A stretch of 64,000 nt of DNA from NCBI GenBank assembly GCA_036676455.1, contig JAKFCW010000011.1:128268-192267 (forward strand), written 5' to 3'. Source of the DNA: Candidatus Sericytochromatia bacterium. Its GTDB lineage: Bacteria > Cyanobacteriota > Sericytochromatia > S15B-MN24 > UBA4093. This document shows positions 31,351-40,315 of the stretch, piece by piece. The notes beneath the pieces are model-generated. The model did not search any database and was not told the DNA's origin. It saw only the letters and a list, made by a program, of their open reading frames with translations. Within the stretch, counting starts at the first letter, position 1. Each line of letters starts with the position of its first letter. The translations under genes and the position numbers were made by a program.

Positions 31351-32241
31351 CTAGACCGACAAGCCAATCAAACGCTTGCCGGTGCCGCGCGTCTCGTCGC
31401 AAGCCTCGGCATAAGGCGCCATCCAGCGCTGGGCAAAGGCCATCATGGCCGGGTGCTGCACGGGCACGGTCCACATGCCGCGATCGATGCCCATGGCATG
31501 GGCGCGGCGCATGACCTCGGCGTAAAGGGGCAGGATCCGCGCCCGGCGCTGCAGATCCGGATGCACGTAACTGCAGGTGTAACGCAGCACGTCCTCGAAG
31601 AGGTGGGTGATGAGCCAGCCGACCACCTTGCCATGGTGCCGCAGGACCACGCTGGTCGGAGCATGCGCGTCCACCTCGAAATCGAAGGGCAAGAGGTCCG
31701 GCGCGATCCAGGGCGAGGCCTCCTGGCTGCGCTTGAGATCCTCGCGTTCGAGGGGGGTGACCTCGTCCCAGCGGCCGATCTCGAAGCAGTCCCCCAGAGT
31801 GGCCTTCGCCACCCAGCTGGCGCGCGACATCTGGTCGTAGCGGGCCCGCACGACCAGCATCCGTCGCTCGGGGGCGTCCCAGCCGCGAAGCGCGAGCAGG
31901 TGCTCGAGCACCGGTATGGACGGCTTGCCGGTCATGTAGACGCCATGCACCTCCTGCGTTCCCTCGGCCTGCAGGGCTGCCTCGAGGCGCTCCAGCAGGC
32001 CTGCGGCAAGGCCGCGCCGGCGGTAGGCAGGGCGGACGAATAGGGAGCAAAGCTCGGCATGCTCGCCCGTCGCGTCGCGCACGGCCAGGGCGAGCCCGGC
32101 AGGCAAGCCGTCAACCCGTGCGGCGATCGCGAGCACCTCGGGCTCCAGGGAAACCAGCCCCGCGCGAAACGCCGGGAACGTCAGCCCGGCGAACTCCAGC
32201 CCCTCGCTTGCGGCGAGGCGGCCGTACGCCACCGCGCTCAT
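31351..32241 (-). CDS. GNAT family N-acetyltransferase (two-lobed)
   Basis: ORF 31351..32901 trimmed to the ATG at 32241 (MSAVAYGRL). Acetyl-CoA motif LFVRPAYRRRGLAAGLLERLE. A second acyltransferase-like half follows. It ends 60 nt upstream of the export operon on the same strand. Confidence 0.7.
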   Translation of the reverse strand: MSAVAYGRLAASEGLEFAGLTFPAFRAGLVSLEPEVLAIAARVDGLPAGLALAVRDATGEHAELCSLFVRPAYRRRGLAAGLLERLEAALQAEGTQEVHGVYMTGKPSIPVLEHLLALRGWDAPERRMLVVRARYDQMSRASWVAKATLGDCFEIGRWDEVTPLEREDLKRSQEASPWIAPDLLPFDFEVDAHAPTSVVLRHHGKVVGWLITHLFEDVLRYTCSYVHPDLQRRARILPLYAEVMRRAHAMGIDRGMWTVPVQHPAMMAFAQRWMAPYAEACDETRGTGKRLIGLSV

Positions 32242-32547
32242 GCGCGCATGGCCATGCAAAACCCGCTCCCTGCCTGGATGATGAGCATGCTTGCCGCCTC
32301 CATGGTCGTCCTTCCCTCGTCTCGAGCGTCTCTCTCGGGCATCCCCCCACTCTAAGCGCCCATCCGGCATCCAGGCAAGCGGACGCAAGCGACGCCCGAG
32401 CCTCCCCGCGCGGTCTTGGCGAGAGAACTGGAACGTAAGGTTCGGCAGGTGACGCTTGATATGACGTGTTGATACTCGTTTGTAACAACGTTCGCCTATT
32501 AGTAGACCATCCAATGCTTCAGATAAATGATAGGAATGTGATACCCC

Positions 32548-33066
32548 ATGAAGAAATCTGCCTTGATAGCGCTCACCGTGATGCTCGTTGCCGGCTGCGG
32601 CACCTCCCCCTCGCTTTCGACGTCCGCCCCTTCGTCGGCGCTGTCGGCTCGCTCGAAGGCGAGCTTCAATGAACTCGTCGCCTCCTGCCGGACTTACATT
32701 CGGATGAAGTTTGACGAGGCGGACAAGGACAAGAGCGGCTTCCTCACTGTCAACGAGGCCGGCGGCTCGAGCCGCAGCTATGTCCTGGGCCAGGAGATCA
32801 TCGGGACGTTCGCCGAGGTCGATACCAACCGTGACGACAAGCTCTCCTTCGAGGAAGTCGGGTCCAACGCAATCATCCTGCGGATCGCCACTCGCCTGCA
32901 TGGTCAGCTGGTCCAGATGTTCGCCGCCGCGGACCGCGACAGCGACATGGAGCTGCGCGGCCAGGAGATCCCGCCGGGGTTCGATCTGAACAAGGACGGC
33001 AAGGTCACCTTCGACGAGTACGAATCGGCTTACGCGGCCACAGTGGCGAAGGGAGACAGCCTCTAG
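32548..33066 (+). CDS. EF-hand calcium-binding lipoprotein
   Basis: Lipobox LTVMLVAGC. Four canonical 12-residue EF loops: DKDKSGFLTVNE, DTNRDDKLSFEE, DRDSDMELRGQE and DLNKDGKVTFDE. Confidence 0.8.
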   Translation: MKKSALIALTVMLVAGCGTSPSLSTSAPSSALSARSKASFNELVASCRTYIRMKFDEADKDKSGFLTVNEAGGSSRSYVLGQEIIGTFAEVDTNRDDKLSFEEVGSNAIILRIATRLHGQLVQMFAAADRDSDMELRGQEIPPGFDLNKDGKVTFDEYESAYAATVAKGDSL

Positions 33067-33100
33067 GGCTGCTCAAGCGCTCGGTCGTCCGTGAAATCGA

Positions 33101-33139
33101 CCGCCAGCAGGTAATTGCCCTGCTGGCGGCTTTTCTTTT
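33101..33139 (+). terminator. rho-independent terminator after the EF-hand gene
   Basis: CCGCCAGCAGG-TAATTGC-CCTGCTGGCGG followed by CTTTTCTTTT. The stem arms and tail resemble the tRNA-Pro-associated terminators. Confidence 0.7.
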
Positions 33140-33191
33140 GCCCTGAGCGAGCGGCACGGCAACGCGCCCGGGGTTGACACCCGCCAGATAT

Positions 33192-33208
33192 GTAGCTAGC
33201 ATAGTTAC
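33192..33208. promoter_or_regulatory. candidate Rrf2 operator 1 (GTAGCT-N5-AGTTAC)
   Basis: 17-bp palindrome between TTGACA (33174-33179) and the rrf2-family start at 33226. Confidence 0.45.
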
Positions 33209-33225
33209 ACACTCAAGGAGGCGTC

Positions 33226-33669
33226 ATGGCCATCAGCAGCCGGTTCATCGTGAGCGTCCACATCTTGACCTTGCTCGCCCAGAGCCAGGGCAAGCCCGTG
33301 ACGTCGGAGTGGCTTGCCGGCAGCGCCAGCACCAACCCTGCCGTCATCCGCAAGCTCTTGGGCATGCTGGCGAAGGCGGGCCTCACCACCTCCCAGCTGG
33401 GCGTGGGCGGGGGAGCGCTCCTGGCGCGTCCGGCCTCGGAGATCACCCTGCTGGACGTCTATCGCGCCGTCGACGAAGGGGAACTCTTCGCCATGCACCA
33501 TGAATCGCCTAACCCGGCATGCCCGGTCGGACGAAACATCCAGGCGGCCATGATCGGCACGCTGGAGCAAGCCCAGCGGGCGCTCGAAGGCGAGCTCGCC
33601 GCCAGGACGCTCGCAGACGTCCTGGACGACGTCCTCGCCGGAGGCCACCCGCAACTCCAAGAGGCTTGA
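33226..33669 (+). CDS. Rrf2 family transcriptional regulator
   Basis: MAISSRFIVSVHILTLLAQSQGKPVTSEWLAGSASTNPAVIRKLLGMLAKAGLTTS is a typical Rrf2 wHTH. AAGGAGG RBS. Confidence 0.85.
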   Translation: MAISSRFIVSVHILTLLAQSQGKPVTSEWLAGSASTNPAVIRKLLGMLAKAGLTTSQLGVGGGALLARPASEITLLDVYRAVDEGELFAMHHESPNPACPVGRNIQAAMIGTLEQAQRALEGELAARTLADVLDDVLAGGHPQLQEA

Positions 33670-33692
33670 GGGCCTCTCTTTTTCCTCAAATC

Positions 33693-33709
33693 GTAACTGT
33701 GTAAGTTAC
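33693..33709. promoter_or_regulatory. candidate Rrf2 operator 2 (GTAACT-N5-AGTTAC)
   Basis: 17-bp palindrome with the same half-sites and spacing as operator 1, located between the rrf2-family stop and the NmrA-like gene start. Confidence 0.45.
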
Positions 33710-33756
33710 ACGACACCACACCCAGGCTCGCCTGGATCGCCCGAAAGGAAACCCTG

Positions 33757-34632
33757 ATGACTTCCACTTCCGCTCGCATTGCCGTCACCGGCGCCACCGG
33801 CCAGCTGGGCCAGCTCGTCGTCGAGGCGCTGCTCCGGACGGTTCCCGCCGCGCAGATCGTCGCGGCCGTGCGCAACCCCGAGAAGGCGAAAGGCCTGGCC
33901 GCCAAGGGCATCGAGGTCCGCGAGGCCGACTATGATCGGCCCGAAACGCTTGAGCGCGCCTTCGCCGGCGTGGACAAGCTGCTGCTGATCTCCGCCAGCG
34001 AGATCGGCAAGCGCGTGCCTCAGCACCAGGCGGTGATCGACGCGGCGCAGCGCGCCAACGTGAAGCTGCTGGTGTACACCAGCCTGCTGCATGCCGACAG
34101 CTCGCCTCTCAGCCTGGCGGTCGAGCACCGCGAGACCGAAGCCGCGCTCAAGGCGTCGGGCCTGCCCACCGTGATCCTCCGAAATGGCTGGTACACCGAG
34201 AACTACGCCATGGGCGCGCCCACGGCGCTGGAGCATCAGGCCATCATCGGCAGCGCCGGCCAGGGCCGCATCTCCTCGGCCACGCGCGCCGACTTCGCCG
34301 ATGCCGCCGCCGCCGTCCTGACGTCGGAAGCCGACCTTGCCGGCCGGACTTACGAGCTCGCAGGCGACACGTCCTACACCCTCGCCGAGCTCGCCGCCGA
34401 GATCGCCCGCCAGAGCGGCCAGCCGGTCGCCTACAACGACATGCCCGAGGAAGCCTACAAGGGCATCCTGCTGAGCGTCGGGCTTCCCGAGCCCCTCGCC
34501 GCCATGCTGGCCAACTCTGATGCCGGAGCCGCGAAGGGTGCGCTCTTCGACGACAGCCGCCAGCTCAGCGCCCTCACCGGCAAGCCGACGACTCCGCTGG
34601 CGGACGTCGTCGCGCAGTTCCTGAAGGCCTAG
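33757..34632 (+). CDS. NmrA-like SDR family NAD(P)H:quinone oxidoreductase (YtfG/QorB-like)
   Basis: IAVTGATGQLGQLVVEALL Rossmann motif. About 290 aa. LLLISASEIGKR...VKLLVYTSLL is typical of the atypical SDR subgroup. Confidence 0.75.
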   Translation: MTSTSARIAVTGATGQLGQLVVEALLRTVPAAQIVAAVRNPEKAKGLAAKGIEVREADYDRPETLERAFAGVDKLLLISASEIGKRVPQHQAVIDAAQRANVKLLVYTSLLHADSSPLSLAVEHRETEAALKASGLPTVILRNGWYTENYAMGAPTALEHQAIIGSAGQGRISSATRADFADAAAAVLTSEADLAGRTYELAGDTSYTLAELAAEIARQSGQPVAYNDMPEEAYKGILLSVGLPEPLAAMLANSDAGAAKGALFDDSRQLSALTGKPTTPLADVVAQFLKA

Positions 34633-34640
34633 GCCTCCGA

Positions 34641-34676
34641 GCCCCCGGCCTCCCTGACGTCAGAGAGGCCGGGGGC
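34641..34676 (+). terminator. GC-rich hairpin after the NmrA-like gene
   Basis: 12-bp stem GCCCCCGGCCTC / GAGGCCGGGGGC with a 12-nt loop. No U-tract. Confidence 0.4.
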
Positions 34677-34746
34677 ACTGGGCGATTCAGCTGAAGCGTG
34701 TTCGGCAGATTGTGCCCGCATGATCGCCATGAGATAATCGAGCTCG

Positions 34747-36006
34747 ATGGCAACTCATGATGAATCTTCTTTAACTGCCCAACTGAATCAGGCGATCGCC
34801 GAGCGCGACGCCGCCCTGCGCGAGCTCGCCGAGCTACGCCGGCAACTCGCCGCCTCGGGCTCCGCGCCCTCCCGGCCGGCCGGCGGCAGCGCTCAGCCAT
34901 TCGACCAGGTCTTCCGCGTCATGGTGGAATCGCTCTCCGACTACGCGTTCTACATGCTGGACACCGAGGGCCGCGTGGTGACCTGGAACCGCGGCGCCGA
35001 GCGCATCAAGGGCTACTCTGAAGCCGAGGTCATCGGCCAATCCAACGAGATCTTCTTCACCGCCGAGGACCGCGCAGCCGACAAGCCCCGCAGGCTGCTG
35101 GCCGAGGCGCGAGAGCACGGCCGGGTCGAGGATCTCGGCTGGCGCCTCCGCAAGGATGGCTCGCGCTACTGGGCCGACGCGATCATCACCGCGCTTCACG
35201 ACTCGCAAGGCCGCTTGACGGGCTACGCCAAGGTGACCCGCGACCTCACCGAGCTCGAACACCTCGAGCGCGAGAAGATCGAGGCCCTCGAACAGGCGGA
35301 CGTCCTCAAGGACCAGTTCATCTCGATCCTCTCCCACGAGCTGAGGACTCCCATCAACGCCATCACCGGCTTCGGCAGCATCCTCGACGACGAGGTGGCG
35401 GGGCCGCTCAGCGCGCAACAGCACCTTTACCTCGGCAAGATTCTCGACGGCGCGGAGACCCTGCTCGCCCTCGTGAACGACCTGCTCGACCTGAGCCGCA
35501 TCCAGGCGGGACGTTTCCAGCTCAATCCCCTGCCTTTCGACTTCCCCCAGCTAGTGACGGAGAAGCTGGAAGCGCTCGAGCCGATTGCCGAGCAACGCAA
35601 GCTGCGGCTCGTCAACGAGGTTCCCCGGGACCTGCCCTTGCTTGCGGGCGATGCCCAGCGGATCGGCCAGGTCCTGATCAACCTCGTCAACAATGCCATC
35701 AAGTTCACGAGCGCCGGCGGAAGCATCCGCGTCCGCGCCTGCCTCGACGGCGCCCAGTTGCGCTGCGAGGTCATCGACACGGGGATCGGCATCGCCCATG
35801 AAGACTACGAGAAGCTCTTCAAGCCCTTCACGCAAGTCGACATGACCTCCACCCGCCAGGCGGGAGGAACGGGCCTCGGGCTGGCCATCAGCAAATCCCT
35901 CGTCGAAGCCCACCATGGCCAGATCGGCGTGGAAAGCGAGCCGGGCAAGGGCAGCACGTTCTGGTTCACGCTGCCCCTCTCGCCAGATGCGGCGCCGCCC
36001 CCGTGA
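34747..36006 (+). CDS. PAS domain sensor histidine kinase (soluble)
   Basis: PAS segment [33 protein letters not shown]-box [15 protein letters not shown]-box [10 protein letters not shown]-boxes DTGIGI and [11 protein letters not shown]. Confidence 0.85.
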   Translation: MATHDESSLTAQLNQAIAERDAALRELAELRRQLAASGSAPSRPAGGSAQPFDQVFRVMVESLSDYAFYMLDTEGRVVTWNRGAERIKGYSEAEVIGQSNEIFFTAEDRAADKPRRLLAEAREHGRVEDLGWRLRKDGSRYWADAIITALHDSQGRLTGYAKVTRDLTELEHLEREKIEALEQADVLKDQFISILSHELRTPINAITGFGSILDDEVAGPLSAQQHLYLGKILDGAETLLALVNDLLDLSRIQAGRFQLNPLPFDFPQLVTEKLEALEPIAEQRKLRLVNEVPRDLPLLAGDAQRIGQVLINLVNNAIKFTSAGGSIRVRACLDGAQLRCEVIDTGIGIAHEDYEKLFKPFTQVDMTSTRQAGGTGLGLAISKSLVEAHHGQIGVESEPGKGSTFWFTLPLSPDAAPPP

Positions 36007-36104
36007 GCCCCCGTCAGCTGCGCTTGCAGGCTTAGCAACACGTTCACCAGACGATAAGAATGTCGCGGTCTGCCCCCTCCGACAAGAGAGCCAGGAGGAC
36101 CGCC

Positions 36105-37196
36105 ATGGTGAATCTCTACGCGACGACCGTGACCCCCAGCCCCTACGCACCGGCGTCCCCCCTCGGGGTAGCCGTCCCGGTTGCGGCGGCCGCGCCGGCG
36201 CCTTTGCCGTCGCCCGGCTACCAAGGCCTGCTCGATCGGCTTCACGTGGCCAGCCAAACGGCCGCTCCCGTCGTCGCCTCCCCGCCACCGGCCGTGCCCG
36301 TCACCCAAAGCTTCCCGCCGATTCCCGTGCTGGGCGGACTTTACGAGCAGCTCAAGCAGCTCCTCGACCAGCTCCTTTCCGGTCCATCGACCCCACCCCC
36401 TCCGGTGACGCACCCCACGACGCCGACGTCCCCGAAGCAGACCTCCTTCGTCATCAGCTCGTTCAACGTGCTGGGAAGCAGCCATACCAAGGGACCGGGC
36501 AGCGATCGGCCCGGCATGGCGCCCGGCACCACCCGCATCCGCTCGGCGGTCGACTTGCTCGAACGCCATGACGTCGACGTCGTGGGCTTCCAGGAGTTCC
36601 AGCGCGACCAGTTCACAGAGTTCCAGAAGGTCGCAGGTGACACGTTCGTCGTCTACCCCGGCTTCAAGCTCGGCAAGCCGGAGGTCGTGAACTCCATCGC
36701 CTGGCGAAAGGACACCTGGGACCTGGTCAAGGCTGACCACATCGACATCCCCTACTTCGACGGCAAGCCGCGAAAGATGCCCGTCATTCGCCTGCGCCAC
36801 AAGCAGACGGGGCAAGAGGCTTACTTCGCCAACTTCCACAACCCCGCGAGCACCCGCAAGCACGGCGACCATGAAAAATGGCGCGACGTCGCCACCCTCA
36901 AGGAAATCGATCTCGTCAACCGGCTGCGCAAGGAGACCGGCCTCCCGGTCTTCGTCACGGGGGACATGAACGAGCGCGACGAGTACTACCGGATGATGAC
37001 CCAGAAGACGGACATGGTTTCGGCCGATACCCGCGCCAACGGCAAGGCCCCGGCGAAGATGGCCATCGACTGGATCTTCGGCACGGAGTCCCAGGTCACC
37101 TTCAGCGACTACACGCGAGACCGCAGCCCGCTCGTCCAGAAGACGACGGACCACCCGGTGGTCGTGAGCACGGCCACCATCACGCGCAAGCCGTAA
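36105..37196 (+). CDS. endonuclease/exonuclease/phosphatase (EEP) family protein with Pro-rich N-terminus
   Basis: ORF 36060..37196; the ATG at 36105 follows [29 protein letters not shown], and the C-terminal DHPVVVS catalytic His motif. Confidence 0.7.
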   Translation: MVNLYATTVTPSPYAPASPLGVAVPVAAAAPAPLPSPGYQGLLDRLHVASQTAAPVVASPPPAVPVTQSFPPIPVLGGLYEQLKQLLDQLLSGPSTPPPPVTHPTTPTSPKQTSFVISSFNVLGSSHTKGPGSDRPGMAPGTTRIRSAVDLLERHDVDVVGFQEFQRDQFTEFQKVAGDTFVVYPGFKLGKPEVVNSIAWRKDTWDLVKADHIDIPYFDGKPRKMPVIRLRHKQTGQEAYFANFHNPASTRKHGDHEKWRDVATLKEIDLVNRLRKETGLPVFVTGDMNERDEYYRMMTQKTDMVSADTRANGKAPAKMAIDWIFGTESQVTFSDYTRDRSPLVQKTTDHPVVVSTATITRKP

Positions 37197-37210
37197 GGCC
37201 AGACGAGCAA

Positions 37211-37242
37211 GACCCCCCTCGCGCGTGAGGCCGAGGGGGGTC
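37211..37242. terminator. hairpin between the convergent EEP and M20 genes
   Basis: 11-bp stem GACCCCCCTCG / CGAGGGGGGTC with a 10-nt loop. No U-tract on either side. Confidence 0.4.
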
Positions 37243-37284
37243 GGGTCAGAGGGTTTGCGGTGCCTTACGCAACAGCCGCGGGCG

Positions 37285-38649
37285 CTAGAGCGCCGCCACC
37301 TGCTCGAAGTAGCGCATGAAGGCCTTCATGCCGCCCTCGGCCATGCTCCAGTCGAAGTTCTCGTTGGGAGCGTGGTAGCCATGCTCGGGAAGCGAGAGCC
37401 CGATGAACATGATGGGGCAGCCCAGGTGCTTCTGCATGCTGACCACGGCGCCGATGGAGCCGCCCTCGCGGATGAAGGCGGGGTTGGCACCGAAGCCGAA
37501 GCGCAGGGCCGTCCGGATGGCGTCGGAGTAGGGGCCGTCCATCGCGCCCTGGTAGGGCTCCAGGGATCCTTCCGGATCCAGGACGACATCGGGGTTCTTC
37601 TCCTTGACGAAGTCACGGACCATGGCGAGCACGTCGGCGGGTTTCATGTCGGGAACCAGGCGCATGCTGACCTTGGCCTCGGCCCGCGGGGGAACGATGG
37701 CCTTGACGCCGGGGCCCGTGTAGCCGCCCACCATGCCGTGGACCTCGAAGGTCGGGCGGGCCCAGATGCGCTTCATCACCTCGAGGGGATCGGTGACCCG
37801 CAGGCACTTGAGGCCGTGGGCGCGCTGGAACTCGGCCGTCTCGAAGCCGGAGGCGAGGAAGCTCAGCTCCTCCTCGGGCGAGACGGGGTTGACGTGATCG
37901 TAGAAGCCGGGGATCTTCACGTTGCCCGTGCGGGCGTCGTAGATCTCGCTGATGAGCTGGCAAAGCTCGCCGATGGGGTTGCGCGCGGCGCCGCCGGTCA
38001 GGCCCGAGTGGACGTCCTTGGTGCCGGTCTCGAGCAAGAGGCGGAAGCCGACCATGCCCCGCAGGCCCAGGGGCGCGGCGGGCTTGTCGCGGCTGATCCA
38101 GATGGTGTCCGAGACCAGCACGGAATCCGTCTTCAGCGCGTCGGCGTGGGCCTCGAGGAAGGCCTCGAAGTGGGGGCTGCCGATCTCCTCCTCGAACTCC
38201 CAGACGAAGCGGATGTTGAGCGCGATGCCATGCTTGCGGGCGAGCATGGCCGCGAAGAAGGCCGCCAGGGCAGGACCCTTGTCATCCGTGGTGCCGCGCC
38301 CGCGATAGGTGTCGCCGTCCTGGGTGAACTTGAAGGGCTCGGACGTCCACTCGGGCTCGTTGGCGGGCTGGACGTCGAGGTGGTTGTAGATCGTGAGGGT
38401 GCGCGTCGCCTCGGGATGGCGGAAGTCGCCGACCACGACGGGGAAGCCGTTGGTCTCGTAGATCTTCGCATCAGCGCCGTGCGACTCGAGCAAGCTCAAG
38501 GCCCACTCGGCTCCGCGGCGGATGTCCGGGCGGTACGCGGGGTCCATGCTGACGGTCGGGATCTCCACGATCTCGGCGAGTTTGCGCTCGTACTCGGCGC
38601 GCAGGGCGGTGATTTCGTTTTGCAAGTGATCCGGCTGAAGCTCGATCAT
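37285..38649 (-). CDS. M20 family metallopeptidase (dipeptidase-like)
   Basis: [40 protein letters not shown] is the M20 metal-binding/catalytic block. About 450 aa. Confidence 0.8.
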   Translation of the reverse strand: MIELQPDHLQNEITALRAEYERKLAEIVEIPTVSMDPAYRPDIRRGAEWALSLLESHGADAKIYETNGFPVVVGDFRHPEATRTLTIYNHLDVQPANEPEWTSEPFKFTQDGDTYRGRGTTDDKGPALAAFFAAMLARKHGIALNIRFVWEFEEEIGSPHFEAFLEAHADALKTDSVLVSDTIWISRDKPAAPLGLRGMVGFRLLLETGTKDVHSGLTGGAARNPIGELCQLISEIYDARTGNVKIPGFYDHVNPVSPEEELSFLASGFETAEFQRAHGLKCLRVTDPLEVMKRIWARPTFEVHGMVGGYTGPGVKAIVPPRAEAKVSMRLVPDMKPADVLAMVRDFVKEKNPDVVLDPEGSLEPYQGAMDGPYSDAIRTALRFGFGANPAFIREGGSIGAVVSMQKHLGCPIMFIGLSLPEHGYHAPNENFDWSMAEGGMKAFMRYFEQVAAL

Positions 38650-38805
38650 GGGGAATCCTTTCTAGGGTGCCGCTGTCCCCCCGATCATACCACTCCAAGC
38701 GGCTCATGGAGCCAAACAAGCCCCCATTCTCCGCTGATGCCCGCTCCTCCGCTATACTGGAGGCTTGGATGCAGTCGCACGATGACTCACGGGAAGGAGT
38801 GCCCC

Positions 38806-39627
38806 ATGGCCATGGTTCCCATGCTCACCCTCAATGACGGCCGTCAGATGCCGCAGCTGGGCCTCGGCGTCTGGCAGGTGGGCGACGACGAGGCCTACCG
38901 GGTCGTCTCGGAAGCCCTCGAGACGGGTTATCGTGCGGTCGACACGGCGGTCATCTACGGCAACGAGGTCGGGGTCGGCAAAGGCATCCGGGCTTCGGGG
39001 CTGCCGCGCGCCGAGGTCTACGTCACGACCAAGGTATGGAACTCGGAGCATGGCTACGATGCGACGCTGCGGTCGATGGACGAGAGCCTCCAGCGCTTGA
39101 ACATGGATTACGTGGACCTGTACCTGATTCACTGGCCGGCCCCCAGCCAGGATCGCTATGTCGAGACCTGGCGGGCCCTGGTTCGGCTCAAGGAAGAAGG
39201 GATCGCCCGCTCGATCGGCGTCTCCAACTTCAAGATTCCGCACCTCCAGCGGATTCTCGCAGAGACCGACGTCTTGCCTGCCGTCAACCAGGTCGAGTTA
39301 CATCCGTACTTTCAGCAACATGAGATCCGCGCCTTCAACGCCGCCCACGGCATCGCGACCGAGTCGTGGAGCCCGCTGGCGCGCGGCCAGATCGTCGGGG
39401 ACCCGGTGTTCCAGGCGATCGCCGACAAGCACGGCAAGACTCCCGCCCAGGTCGTCATCCGCTGGCACCTCGACAGCGGCTTGATCGTCATCCCCAAGTC
39501 GGTCACCCCCTCGCGCATCCGTGAGAACTTCGACGTCCTGGACTTCCACCTGGACGCCGATGATCTGGCCGCCATCACCGCGTGCGATCAGGACCGGCGG
39601 ATCGGACGCGATCCAGATACCCTCTAG
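38806..39627 (+). CDS. aldo/keto reductase (2,5-diketo-D-gluconate reductase-like)
   Basis: The C-terminal 273 codons of ORF 37225..39627; the ATG at 38806 follows GGAAGGAG. LGLGVWQV, GYRAVDTAVIYGNE, VDLYLIHWP and VIPKSVTPSRIRENF. Confidence 0.85.
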   Translation: MAMVPMLTLNDGRQMPQLGLGVWQVGDDEAYRVVSEALETGYRAVDTAVIYGNEVGVGKGIRASGLPRAEVYVTTKVWNSEHGYDATLRSMDESLQRLNMDYVDLYLIHWPAPSQDRYVETWRALVRLKEEGIARSIGVSNFKIPHLQRILAETDVLPAVNQVELHPYFQQHEIRAFNAAHGIATESWSPLARGQIVGDPVFQAIADKHGKTPAQVVIRWHLDSGLIVIPKSVTPSRIRENFDVLDFHLDADDLAAITACDQDRRIGRDPDTL

Positions 39628-39648
39628 CTCCGCAGAGGGGTTTCTGGC

Positions 39649-40089
39649 CTAGCGTGTCGACCTCGAGAGCATGTGCGCCTCGAGGCGGATCTCCGTGCCC
39701 GTCAGGGCCTTCGAGACCGGGCAGGCCTTCTTGGTCTCCTCGGCGATCGCCTTGAAGGTCGCCTCGTCCAGCCCCGAGACCTCGACCTCGGTCAGCAGGT
39801 CGATGCTCGAGATGGCCCAGCCGCCGTCCTGCTTCTCAAAGTGAACCTTGGCGTCGGTCTTGATGCGCTCGGGCGCCTGAGCCGCCTTCGTCAGGCCGCT
39901 CGACAGGGCCATGGAGAAACAACCGGCCAAGGCCGCTCCGATCAGCTCCTCGGGGTTGGTGCCGGGGGCTTCTCCCATGCGGGTCTGGAAGGAATAGGCC
40001 CCCTCGTATGCTCCGCTGCCGAGGCTCATCTTGCCCTGGCCCGTCTGCAAGTCGCCTTCCCAGACCGCGTTCGCCTTCCGATATGGCAT
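39649..40089 (-). CDS. osmC: OsmC family peroxiredoxin
   Basis: ORF trimmed to the ATG at 40089 (MPYRKANAVWEGDL). The Cys pair lies in AALAGCFSMAL and KKACPVSKAL. Confidence 0.8.
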   Translation of the reverse strand: MPYRKANAVWEGDLQTGQGKMSLGSGAYEGAYSFQTRMGEAPGTNPEELIGAALAGCFSMALSSGLTKAAQAPERIKTDAKVHFEKQDGGWAISSIDLLTEVEVSGLDEATFKAIAEETKKACPVSKALTGTEIRLEAHMLSRSTR

Positions 40090-40315
40090 CTCTCGCCCTC
40101 CTCGCGTGCGCCTTCCGCTCCGGTACGCGGGAGGATACCAGCCCCGGGGGGCGGACACAGCAACGAAGCAGGGATCTGAAGGGCAAATCGAGCGGCAATG
40201 CGGCACATGTTCCGTAATTTTTACCGTGCCGAGGCTCGTCAAAGCTGACTAGCATGGGAATAGACCTATCTAGAACTATTTTTCCAGGGGTTCTTCAATT
40301 AGAAAGGCACGCGCC

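Noticed and set aside
32242-32901. N-terminal 220 codons of ORF 31351..32901
   Set aside because: Arg/Gly-rich with no motif, and it overlaps the EF-hand gene promoter region. The GNAT similarity starts at the internal ATG (32241).
35805-37154. 449-aa minus-strand ORF overlapping the histidine kinase 3' end and the EEP gene
   Set aside because: Antisense shadow ORF with no RBS or motif. The plus-strand genes have clear catalytic motifs.
37225-38805. First 527 codons of the 800-aa plus-strand ORF 37225..39627
   Set aside because: Antisense to the well-supported M20 peptidase gene, with a G/A/R/V/L-rich composition. The real gene, an aldo/keto reductase, begins at the ATG at 38806, which has a GGAAGGAG RBS.
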